Shown here: positions 44,236 to 54,626 of the stretch, one piece after another
Position numbering within the stretch: position 1 is the first letter of the stretch
Layout of the letters: each line of letters opens with the position of its first letter
NCBI GenBank assembly: GCA_000004985.1
Contig: GG738862.1
DNA from: Naegleria gruberi
Lineage: Eukaryota
DNA length: 64,000 nucleotides
Reading direction: 5' to 3' (one strand)
Position numbers and translations under genes: made by a program
The notes under the pieces: model-generated
Databases searched by the model: none
The model's input: only the letters and a program-made list of their open reading frames with translations
Told to the model about the DNA's origin: nothing

Positions 44236-45357
44236 ATGCCTAATGCCATCAGTAGAGCAAACAAGCTCAAATCACCAACATCATCACCTAGTACAACGAC
44301 ACAATTACCTGTGTTTTCTGCTTTACCATCATCGGGATTTTCAAGTGGATCCTCTATTAGTGAGAAACCAGGAGCCTTAACAGTTGCATCATTTTCATCA
44401 AATGTTCAATTATATGAGGAGGAGAATTCAATGAATAATATTATGAGTGATTTTCTTAAAAAGAGTAACATTAGAGGAGGATTGTGGGTGTTCGCATGGT
44501 TTTTATTGAATTCTGGATTAGCCATTGCCAATAAGGCTGTCTTTTGGGGTGGGTTTAACTTTCCTGTTCTCCTTTCATGTATGCACATGATTATGAGTTG
44601 CATTCTTGCTCACATCTCCATCAAATTTCAAAATGATAGCAAGGATTTCAATGTTGAACCTTCTGCAATACCTCAAATCTACATTTATATCGTGATCTTT
44701 ATTGTAAATATAGTGTTTGGAAATGTTAGTGTTTGGAGAACATCACTACACATGTCACAAATTGTACGAAGCACCACACCAACCTTTGTTTTAATCACCA
44801 GTTACATGTTAATTGGTACCAAATCATCCTTATCAAAGATTGGAATGGTGATGATCGTAATACTTGGAGTTGCAATGACAGTGTACAGAAATTTTGAGAT
44901 TAATGGTGTGGACTTGTTGATTCTTATGATTGGAAATTTATTTGCTGCATTGAAGACAACTTTGACCAATTTATGTTTGAAATCTCAAAATGTGCATCCA
45001 CTTGTATTGACTAAATTTGTTTCCTTCTACTCTGCATGTGGTATGCTTGTGGTGGCCTTTATGAATGGTGAGATGCAATCCCTTACTGAAAATTATCATA
45101 AAGTCCAATGGTTGCAAGGTTATGGTTTGGCTGTGGTTACTTCAATTATGGCCTTCTTCCTCAATATTACCAATATGATAGCGAACAAGAAGACAAGTCC
45201 CCTCACCATCAGTTTGACTGCCAACCTTAAACAAGTTCTCATTGTTGTTTACAGCTTGGTCTATTTGCACGATTTGTCCAGTGTGAATATACTGAATATC
45301 ATTGGTGTGGCAGTCACACTGAGTGGAATGTTTATTTACTCTCTACTATCTCTCTAA
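44236..45357 (+). CDS. SLC35 / TPT-family nucleotide-sugar (or triose-phosphate-type) transporter with about 9-10 TM helices.
   Basis: Multi-helix hydrophobic profile with the TPT-like block LWVFAWFLLNSGLAIANKAVF. Length matches the family. Confidence 0.6.
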   Translation: MPNAISRANKLKSPTSSPSTTTQLPVFSALPSSGFSSGSSISEKPGALTVASFSSNVQLYEEENSMNNIMSDFLKKSNIRGGLWVFAWFLLNSGLAIANKAVFWGGFNFPVLLSCMHMIMSCILAHISIKFQNDSKDFNVEPSAIPQIYIYIVIFIVNIVFGNVSVWRTSLHMSQIVRSTTPTFVLITSYMLIGTKSSLSKIGMVMIVILGVAMTVYRNFEINGVDLLILMIGNLFAALKTTLTNLCLKSQNVHPLVLTKFVSFYSACGMLVVAFMNGEMQSLTENYHKVQWLQGYGLAVVTSIMAFFLNITNMIANKKTSPLTISLTANLKQVLIVVYSLVYLHDLSSVNILNIIGVAVTLSGMFIYSLLSL

Positions 45358-46055
45358 AGAGGAAGATGTTCAGTCAATAAACTAGAATCCTTAATGTGCG
45401 ATTTTGCCCAAACCTTACTCTATGCACTCTGAACTCTTTAATACACTATCTGTTGAAAATCGGATATTTCCAAATTGGTTCTTGCTGATAGTGCACAATA
45501 GGCTTTTCAATCTCAATTAGTTAATGAATGAATAATTTGTCTTTTTCAATGACTTTCGAACAATTAACATTATGGAAAGAAAATTATTATGATTTGTAGC
45601 CAAACACAGATGCAGATGGTGATTATCTCAGAGTAGAACCAAATAGAATTAATGGTCACTTTTCTAAAATGATTAATCAATTGATCAGAAGTAGATCTTT
45701 TGAAAGTTAAGAAACTACAAGATTCAAATCTTGGTTCAAAAAAGGTTATCTTCATTTCCTAACAAGTAAATCTTAGATGCAGAATTGATGTTCCTCGACC
45801 TCTTCGAATTGGAAAATTTAAATCCCAACGGTATTAAACTACGGTTTGAAAACGCGCCAATAAAAACACTGACATTAAATTTAAAGCGATTTCTTCCAGT
45901 TCCGAGTTCTGAAAGGAAAAAAATCGCATCTAAGGTTTTAATAAGGAAGTTGAATGTAATTAAGGCTTTGAGCGAATGTAGTGAATGTAGTGACAAATCC
46001 TGTTCTGTGATAAATTGGGTAAATAAACAACAGAAAACTCTAAGAAAATAGAAAG

Positions 46056-47858
46056 ATGCAACATCTCCAGCCAACTACTCGCAAGTCATACCTAAGCAAC
46101 ATTCAACAAATTGCCAAGTATTATCTGATAGCATGTTGCTTATTCATTCTCTCAATATTACTAGTACAATATCATGATCATCATCACGTTCTCAATATTA
46201 AAGAATTAAAATTCGGAGCCAGGCCTTCCTCAGTCAATAGTGAAGCATTCAATGAAGGAAGTGCAAGTAAGGATCAATATAATAATGGCATTACGATGAA
46301 TTTAGCTATGAATATTCCATCATCATTTAAAGATTTTTCAAAAACAACTAACAGGAAACACCATGTTCAGTGGAATAATATAAATCATTCAAAGCAAATT
46401 CCAAGTCTTACATGTAATTCATATGATTCTTCATCACATCAAGAACCACAAGTGCAGACAAGTGTAAACTCTTCCAAAACCCAAAGAGAAATATGTGATA
46501 CAGAGTATGGGTGTGTACTTTTAAACAATTGGAAGCAACATTCCTATTCACTGTGTGAGGAGATTCCATCCAGTACATTCCAAAGATTGAGGAAATACGT
46601 AATAGGAGGTGAGGAAAGATTTCCAACCAGAATGAAATGTTACAGTTACAATAATACACATGTTCCCCCTGCAACAGCTCCTCACACAGTTTGTGAGGTT
46701 TCCAATCTGGTGTTTGACTTTTCCAAGATGGTACATGCACCATGTCTACAATATAGACCTGGTTATTTTTGTAAGAAACCAACATATTTTAATTACAATG
46801 AAAGTGCATTAATTGGAAATTGCAGGAGAACTTCTGATTTTAAGCTGAGTTTATTCTCAAAGGATTTTGGAAAGGACATATTCTCCAGCTTTAGGACTGT
46901 TGAGGAAATACAATTCAAGGAGGAAGAGGACACGCAATACTATGATGGTATAACAATATTTGTTTCGAGAGAACAAGATGAGCATGTGAACATGTTTCAT
47001 TCAATGACTGATTTCTTTGCCACTTATCTCATGATTGAAATGTTTCAACTCAACAGTTCTCAAGTTCAAATTGTTTTATTGGATGATCATTATGATGGTC
47101 CATTTGATTTTCTGTGGAATTCTGTCTTTTCACTCAAAAGACCAATGATGAAAGCATCACAATTCAACAATTCAACTGTGAGATTTGAGAGGGCAATCTT
47201 TCAGCACTCTGGTTATGCAACACAATTTATGTCTCATATTTTGGATTTTGATAAACAAGATCAAAGAATTTGTAGCTCTAAAGTTGACCTTATTAATGGA
47301 TTTTCAAATAGAATTATGCATGCTCTTGATATCCATAAAAGAATTCCCAAGAAAAGAGATTTGTTAAAGGTTTTGCTCATTAGTAGAAGACCATACGTTA
47401 AGAATGGCATAAATCATCGATATATGGCTAGACAGATAGGTAATGAACCTGAGTTGATGGCATATTTGCAAAATGATCCAAAAATTAATTCTACATTTAT
47501 TATTGAAAGAATTGATTTTGCTGAACTCAATCTAACCCAACAAATTCAAAAGGTGCATGACTCTGATGTATTGATCGGTTATCATGGTGCTGGCCTAACT
47601 CATGCGCTTTGGCTGCCTGAGGGAACATCTGGAGTAATTGAAATATGGAAAACAGCAAAGATAAGAAGTTGGAGATGCTTTGAGCAAATATCGTATTGGA
47701 AAGGAAATGTTTACGAATTGTGGGTCAATACAGAGCAAAGAGTTATCAAAGTTGATAGATTTGGAGATTATTTGAGAATCAACCCTGACAAGTTCAAGAA
47801 GACCTTCAGTTCTGTAATTTCAAATTTAATTTCAATTAGGAATAAAACTCTATCTTAA
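46056..47858 (+). CDS. GT61 / EOGT-like glycosyltransferase (type II membrane topology).
   Basis: N-terminal signal anchor (YYLIACCLFILSILLV), a Cys-rich stem, and the GT61 (DUF563) signature DSDVLIGYHGAGLTHALWLPEG. Confidence 0.65.
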   Translation: MQHLQPTTRKSYLSNIQQIAKYYLIACCLFILSILLVQYHDHHHVLNIKELKFGARPSSVNSEAFNEGSASKDQYNNGITMNLAMNIPSSFKDFSKTTNRKHHVQWNNINHSKQIPSLTCNSYDSSSHQEPQVQTSVNSSKTQREICDTEYGCVLLNNWKQHSYSLCEEIPSSTFQRLRKYVIGGEERFPTRMKCYSYNNTHVPPATAPHTVCEVSNLVFDFSKMVHAPCLQYRPGYFCKKPTYFNYNESALIGNCRRTSDFKLSLFSKDFGKDIFSSFRTVEEIQFKEEEDTQYYDGITIFVSREQDEHVNMFHSMTDFFATYLMIEMFQLNSSQVQIVLLDDHYDGPFDFLWNSVFSLKRPMMKASQFNNSTVRFERAIFQHSGYATQFMSHILDFDKQDQRICSSKVDLINGFSNRIMHALDIHKRIPKKRDLLKVLLISRRPYVKNGINHRYMARQIGNEPELMAYLQNDPKINSTFIIERIDFAELNLTQQIQKVHDSDVLIGYHGAGLTHALWLPEGTSGVIEIWKTAKIRSWRCFEQISYWKGNVYELWVNTEQRVIKVDRFGDYLRINPDKFKKTFSSVISNLISIRNKTLS

Positions 47859-49939
47859 AAAAGGTCATCTTCAAATAAACTTCTCTCATCCTCATTTTCA
47901 TACGCTACAGGTGTGGAGTCCTTTCTATTATTGTTAGCCTTTTTCTTTTTCTTAGGTGGTTCTCTTTGTTCCTGACTAAATGATTGACTATTTGATTGAC
48001 TGTGTTGAGAATACTGAGAATGTTGACTTGCCTCTTCCTCACATTCACTGAATGCTGTAGAGTCCTCCTGAGTAAAATGAAAACTAATATCATTATTGAT
48101 ACAATAAAACTCATAGAGAGCATTTGAAATTGCCTTACCGAGTACTTTTTGTGGATTATCGAGAAAGGCAACATTCTTAACAAGCTCTTTCTTTTCAGTG
48201 GTATCTTCACATTTGTTATACCCTTGCATCAGCCTATTAAAGGATTTGTACTTTTTGGCAATAGCTCTTGCAGCTTTATCCGTAATTTTTGGTATTTGAA
48301 TGAGACTTGTTATCCATTGATCTGCCGAATTCTTTCCAGATGATGGGATTTGAGTAAAATCAACATTGCTAGTTCTCTTCTTGTATGGTGCATCAGAAAT
48401 TATCTTTGTGAATCCGTCCAAATATTGTGCTGTTTCCTCTACATTCTTAGTTTCGAATATTTTGACATTATTAAATTTGAATAAGGCTCTCAGTTTGTAC
48501 TTTTCCAATTCGTCTGCATTAACCTTGGTATTCTTAGTAGGAGCATTAGAAGCGTTTTTCTTTTTGTTTAAAGCATTAGAATACTGCTCAGCAGCAACTT
48601 TTTTCAAATACTCTGGTAATCCTTCTATTAGTACAATTATAATGTATTGTTTTTTAAATCTCTTGTTCCAATAATATATTGAATTTTGGCTCAAAGACTC
48701 ACTAAATTCCACATCTAGTGATTTTATAGCCTGTTCCAAATAATGTTCAAATATACTTGATTCTATCTCAATAGATTTCAAGTAAATATCAGTAAACATA
48801 TCTCCTGTTATTCTCAAAACTACATATGGTACTGTAAAATCAACATGTTTCTTATCAATATCATTGGCATCAAATTGAAAATAATCGTTGGGATTTTTCT
48901 TTTGTTTTTGTAGAACAAATATACTATAATCTAGAGGTAATCTTCTTTTCCATTGAACAGAAAATGCAAGGGGTAACTTTTGTGTAATGACCTGTTCTTT
49001 TGGAACTGAATTAGTTTCAATGAATGTAATAAGACTCTTTCCACCAACACTCTTTGATAACTCCTCATCTATTACAACTACCATTTCATCTTTGAAGCCA
49101 CCAGTAGCTCTTTTGAAAAATTCTTTCTTTTTCACATCCGAAAACGAAACTGGAGTAAAAATTTCAGTTCTTAATGGTTGAGAAGATTGAGAGGCGTCAT
49201 GCTGAGAATCAAAAAATAAATCTGATTCAATAGAATGTTGTGTATGAGAATCGCTATTTAAATGTAAGAGCCTGGAGTTTGGACTTGACTGAGAAATTTC
49301 AAATTGAGAATGTGATGCCTCTATGGAATTAATATTGTTATATTCAAGAGGTGAGTATGAAGGTGAAGCCGTCACAATGTTGCTTCTTGTCAATGGAGGA
49401 GAAGATTTTTCCTCCTCGCTCTCATCATCACTCAATACGTTATCAAAAAGCTCTGTAACTGTTCTCTTACTCTGAGTAAAATTAGTCAAAATTGGAGAAG
49501 ATAAAAAATCTGAAAATGATGAAGTTCCTGTAGAAGTGTGATTACCATTCGAAAAATGATTAGTTTCCTGAAGCTGTTTTGGAGGTGATGTGTACATCAT
49601 TGTTCCTTCATCTTCATCATCACTCAAAATTACACATTCAGAATTTGTATTTACAAATCTCCCATGAGGTGTCTCTGGAGTAATCAAACTTTCAATTAGA
49701 ATTCCATTCATTTGTGGAGGTGAAATTCCAAATCTTGTATTTTCATCCATTGTTAATAATCGATTCCTAGGAGTAACCAATGAAGGAGATTGATTTTTAC
49801 CTCCACTATTATTACTAACACCACTCATACCACTCGAAATGGGTGTATTATTACTTAATTTCTGAGAAGGAGGAGAAATAACTTCCTCATCATCGTCATC
49901 ACTCGAAAGACAAATACAATCCGATTGAAAAGATTTCAT
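47855..49939 (-). CDS. Mus81-family ERCC4/HhH protein, most likely the non-catalytic partner Eme1/Mms4 (no ERK catalytic motif seen).
   Basis: The C-terminus LIQIPKITDKAARAIAKKYKSFNRLMQGYNKCEDTTEKKELV...LGKAISNALYEFYC closely parallels the Mus81 tail (LMQISGVSG.KAAA...LLQAYDKCSSETEKEKLL...LGPALSRTIYQLYC). Upstream is an ERCC4-like core (IIIVLIEGLPEY..., IFETKNVEETAQYL). The N-terminus is S/D-rich. Confidence 0.45.
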   Translation of the reverse strand: MKSFQSDCICLSSDDDDEEVISPPSQKLSNNTPISSGMSGVSNNSGGKNQSPSLVTPRNRLLTMDENTRFGISPPQMNGILIESLITPETPHGRFVNTNSECVILSDDEDEGTMMYTSPPKQLQETNHFSNGNHTSTGTSSFSDFLSSPILTNFTQSKRTVTELFDNVLSDDESEEEKSSPPLTRSNIVTASPSYSPLEYNNINSIEASHSQFEISQSSPNSRLLHLNSDSHTQHSIESDLFFDSQHDASQSSQPLRTEIFTPVSFSDVKKKEFFKRATGGFKDEMVVVIDEELSKSVGGKSLITFIETNSVPKEQVITQKLPLAFSVQWKRRLPLDYSIFVLQKQKKNPNDYFQFDANDIDKKHVDFTVPYVVLRITGDMFTDIYLKSIEIESSIFEHYLEQAIKSLDVEFSESLSQNSIYYWNKRFKKQYIIIVLIEGLPEYLKKVAAEQYSNALNKKKNASNAPTKNTKVNADELEKYKLRALFKFNNVKIFETKNVEETAQYLDGFTKIISDAPYKKRTSNVDFTQIPSSGKNSADQWITSLIQIPKITDKAARAIAKKYKSFNRLMQGYNKCEDTTEKKELVKNVAFLDNPQKVLGKAISNALYEFYCINNDISFHFTQEDSTAFSECEEEASQHSQYSQHSQSNSQSFSQEQREPPKKKKKANNNRKDSTPVAYENEDERSLFEDDLF

Positions 49940-50382
49940 TATATTTAATCTCTAAATTAATTGATTTACTGAGAAGGGTTGGAGAAAATTTCCTCCGAAA
50001 GATGATAATCAACCAACAATCTCGAGACAATTTTTTTAATTTTAAAAAACATTAAAAACATAAACTTTTGATTCGACCAAACTCTGGAAGTTTAATTTTC
50101 TTTGTCCTCCTCACATGTTCTCATATTAACATATTGTTCATGAACAAATATTATATAATTGATAATCGGATGCTGGGTTCAATTCAAATCTTACTCTTAT
50201 TACTAATGAATAATCATCCTTGAAATGTTTTTACAACCATATGCAAAATGAAGCTAACTATCTATTGCACTATTTTGACCATGATGCTGAGAAGTGACAA
50301 TGATTACAAGAGTTTCATTGTCCTAGATAATGGTGATGATGTATTGAGAGTTTTTTCTCTGTTGGCTTTTCTCCTCTTTGAA

Positions 50383-50396
50383 GCATGACGTCATGC
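50383..50396. promoter_or_regulatory. Perfect 14-bp palindrome GCATGACGTCATGC containing a consensus CRE (TGACGTCA), 91-104 bp upstream of the RAMP4/SERP start.
   Basis: Read directly from the sequence. bZIP (CREB/ATF-type) factors bind TGACGTCA; this is established knowledge. Confidence 0.35.
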
Positions 50397-50486
50397 TCTT
50401 TGGCTAGTGAAAATTTCAGCACAAAGTTAAAAAATCAGAAAATTATTAAATTAAAAAAAATCGATCAACAACACAATACATACACA

Positions 50487-50693
50487 ATGGCTAACATTTC
50501 TAGAGCAAAACAAGTCAGCAAGAGTTTTGAAAAGAAGGTCTACGATAAGGATAGTGAAAAGGATAAGAAGAAGACCACAACTGAAGAATCTCCTCAAGTC
50601 GGACCTTTGGTTTTGGCTTTCCTCTTGTTCGTTGTCGTTGGTTCTGCTCTTGTTCAAATTTTCAACAATGCCAAGACTGGTCAAATTGAATAA
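50487..50693 (+). CDS. SERP1: Stress-associated ER protein / ribosome-associated membrane protein 4 (SERP1/RAMP4), 68 aa.
   Basis: ESPQVGPLVLAFLLFVVVGSALVQIF matches RAMP4 [25 protein letters not shown]. Family size fits and there is one C-terminal TM. Confidence 0.75.
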   Translation: MANISRAKQVSKSFEKKVYDKDSEKDKKKTTTEESPQVGPLVLAFLLFVVVGSALVQIFNNAKTGQIE

Positions 50694-51177
50694 TTGTTCA
50701 ATAGTAATATAAATACACACTTCCAACGATTTTTAGAGATCAATCACGACTAGAATTGATCGTAAGAACAGTTCATCTACTAGCAATCCTTTGTAAATTA
50801 TTAAGTGGAGCTATTAAATAAAATGTAGCCCAAATTTTGAAATCATTTTCATTCTTTTCAATCGGAATTTTCTTGTGATAACCAATCTTTCCTTAGTCCG
50901 CAATGCCTTTATGATTGGTGGAAAATAAGAAACTGAAAAAATTATAAAATACTATTTTATATTTTTCATTCACTTTCCAGGTCCATCATCAGTAGTGTGA
51001 TTTCATGTTTTAAACAATGTTTTAAATAATATTATAATTATTTTAACTATCTATTGGTACAACTACCGATTCATCCGTCATTGGTGTTGTTAATCGGCAC
51101 TCTTTTCTTGTTGAACAAGTCAAACAAAGAAATAACTGATTTTTAAATATTTTGGTTTTTTATATGTGTGAATCAAT

Positions 51178-51783
51178 TTACTTTTGTTGGGCTTGTTGGG
51201 CAGCTTGTTCGGCGTGTTCAAGAATCTTTTTCTTCTTTGATTCGGTCTTTTCAGCTCTCTTTTGCTTGATCTTATCTTGCTTTTCCTTCTTGACCTTAAG
51301 TTGTTCCTTGATACGTTGTTCACGGATAATTTCAGCCTTAGCCTTGAAGACGTGTTCCATCAAAATTCTCTTGCTCTTGAAGACGTTACCCTTGACCTTA
51401 GCGTACAATTCACGGTACAAAGTCTTGTCGATCTTTCCGTTGTCTCTGTACTTCTTCAACAACTTTCTTTCGACTCTCATTCTCTTCAACCATTGGAGCT
51501 TGGATGGATTTCTGGCGTCCTTTGAACCGAATCTCTTACCAATACCCATGTGTCTACCTTCGAGCTTGGCATCCTTTCTCTTTCTCCATCTGTATCTGGT
51601 TCTGATTTCAACAGGCTTTCTGATGATGATACCATCCTTAACCAACTTTCTGATGGTATTTCTTGAGGAAGCTTGAGAAACTTCAGACAATTCGTTTGGA
51701 TCAATCCAGACTCTTCCCTTACCGCAAGACAAAATGTCAGCGGCGAGTCTCTTTTGCAATCTGAATGTTGGACCACCAGTCAT
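51178..51783 (-). CDS. RPL19: 60S ribosomal protein L19 (eL19), intronless.
   Basis: [50 protein letters not shown]...GRHMGIGKR...[16 protein letters not shown] is collinear with eukaryotic RPL19. Confidence 0.9.
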   Translation of the reverse strand: [201 protein letters not shown]

Positions 51784-52428
51784 TGTGAGTTATTTTTTTT
51801 CAACAAGTTTTTTAATTTTTTGGTCAACGTTCAGAATAAGTTTTTACAATTAATTGTTGTTAGCTTTGCACAACCAGCAAAAATGCAGAAGGTAAGCTGA
51901 TAATTGAAAAAAATGTATTGCTACACTTGAAATTCTTGAATAATCTTTTTCATCAATTCCTATCATCAATCTTCTACTTCTTCTTACACAGTTAATCTCC
52001 TTGATTAAAAAATTAATTAGAAATACAATATAGAATGAATTGACAATTCTCTTCTTGTTTTGAATCAAACCTAACAAGAATATTCCCTGAAATAGTCTAT
52101 AATCCAATCCATCTACAATTTTTAATGTTTTAATTGAGATCTATCATGTCTAACAACCTTCCTCAACAGGTTGTACAACAATTACATGATTTTTCTAATA
52201 AGACAATAATTCCGTGATGGTGAACAAACCAGCCCGAGCTGTTTGAACGGAAAGAAAAAATTAATTAAACAATAAAACCTATTAATTGTCCACAATCTCT
52301 TGACCTAATCTTCCATAGACAATACTCGTAAAGTAACAGGCTGGTAAATCCTTTTATTAATTGTTCATTGTGTCTTCATTGAATTGAAAACCCGCCAAAT
52401 TTAAAAAGAAGAAAAATTAAAAAGAAAA

Positions 52429-54575
52429 ATGCACAACAGTCGCGTTCTTAATATTGTTGTTTTAGGTTCTGAACACAGTGGAAAGTCCACGCTGATTGAT
52501 TCTATCGTGTTCGATCCAAATAGAGATGGAGAGGTATGTATCAATGTTGAAGAATAATGTTGGATGTTAATAATATGTAAAATTCATTTTGATTGGATTT
52601 ATTAATTAATTGGATAAATATTAATCATATTGACAAACAATAATAATGGATTTAATATTCATTGGAACGGAATATCAACAATATTGGAAAATATAGTTAC
52701 CAAGAGTTTTAGGACCAAAGGAATTTTCACTTCAATTGAAAAATCAAGACATTACTTTTAATTTCATTGACACCAATTCTGAAAAGACTATTCAACAGGC
52801 TTTTTCTACCATGCCAGTTTTGAGTGCAGACCTTTTTGTGTTTGTGATCGATAGTACCAATGAAGAAAGTGTCAAGAAATTCTATGAAGAATGGCTTCCA
52901 TATGTTGAGAAATCTAAAAAGATGCTTTATATAATTTTGACCAAGACCGATCTTAGAAACACAGAAGATCCAGAGTTATTTGATCCAACCCAAGCTGAAA
53001 AGTATGTCAGATATCAAGGATTGTTTAAATACAGTTCCAAGACAAGGGAAAATATTGAGATTTTACTTTTCAACTTGTCAAACATTTTCATATTTTCAGC
53101 AGATTTCCTTTATAATTTTATTGAGGAACGTTTAACGAGTCAATGTCATAAGGCTCTGAGAAGAATATTTTGGTTGATGGATGAGTTAAATTGTGGATTA
53201 GTTGATAATTCTACCATTAAGAATTTGATTGGCGCCACTGATGAGGATAGTGTTGTAATTGATGAAAATGGATCTATGGATTTGGATTCATTCTTGTCAT
53301 TTATGGTTTCATTAATTTTAACAAGACATGAACATCTTGTTTGGACCCTTATTCAAAAATTCAATTATAATGAAAAACTTGAACTCGATATTGATGACAT
53401 TATGTATGTATACTTGTTCGAAATTTTCAATTATTCTAACCATTTGAATAGTACTGACGTTTCTCCAGATATTTCACATGAAGATTTCATCACTCTTAGT
53501 GATGAAGGAAAGAAAGTTCTCACAAGTATTTTCAAGAGATTTGATAGGGATAATGACGGCCTTCTTGATGAAAATGATATTGATGAAGCATTTAGTCTTA
53601 CAACAGCATGTCCATTCCATGAAATGTCAACCAATTACTTTGATTCTTGTAGAACTGTGGAGGATAAGAAGATTGATATCCATTCTTGGATTTCACTTTG
53701 GCAATTAATTGTGACAACAAATTGTTACAGATATATTCATTGCTTATTTGAATGGGGATGCAATAATGTTGATGGAATGATTGAAGTTAAAAAGTAAGTT
53801 TATCAAATAATTCCCATACAAAACAATTTCAAATAGGAAGAGACTTTTTAGAAAGGCTCCAGAAGATTATCCAAACGTTCTCAATTGCTATATTTTCGGT
53901 GCTTCTAACTGTGGTAAAACTTCAGTTCTTAGACATTTCGTTGGAAAACCACCACTCAATACTCATTACTCTACAAAATCCACTCAATACTCGGTGGTTG
54001 ATAGAATTACGTATCAAAATAGGGAATATCATTTAATAGTTACAGAATTCGAAGATAAGGAAATTCCATTCGTGTTAAAATCAGAAGAATTAATGGGAAA
54101 GTGTGATGTTGCTCTCTTAGTTTTTGATGGTAGTGATAAATTTTCATTCAGTTTCCTTGAACATATTCAAAGAGGATTGGAAGTTACCATTCCATGTGTT
54201 TACATGTTGACTAAGAAAGATTTAGGACTTGTGGATCAAGAAAACTTGAGTGTTACTCCAGAACAATTTTGTGAAGCTCTCTCGCTTGTTTGGCCTCCAT
54301 ACCTATGCTCTTTGGTTACTGAGGATGGTCTTAAGAATATCAAGACACTCTTTTCAGATCTGTTAGAAGTTGCTTTGAATCCAAAGGAATCAGGATGTGT
54401 TCCAAACTGGAATATGAATAATGAAGAATCTGATGAAGAAGTAGAGTCTGATGATGAAGATTTCCCACCTAAGGAATCACTAATGAAGAGAACACTTAAA
54501 ATGGTTGGTGTTGTCTCAGTTTTTGGATTTGTTGCTTTTGCCATGATGAAATGGTTAAAGAGGGCTAAGGAATAA
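52429..54575 (+). CDS. MIRO: Mitochondrial Rho GTPase Miro (GemA-like), join(52429..52533,52697..53793,53837..54575).
   Basis: N-terminal GTPase P-loop VLGSEHSGKST, EF-hand FDRDNDGLLDENDIDEAF, second GTPase P-loop IFGASNCGKTSVL and C-terminal TM anchor VGVVSVFGFVAFAMMKWL. The introns are 163 nt (GTATGT..TAG) and 43 nt (GTAAGT..TAG). Confidence 0.75.
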
Positions 54576-54626
54576 CTTATTAACCGTGTGAAATTTAAGA
54601 GTTTCATACAAATTAATAAATTTTAA

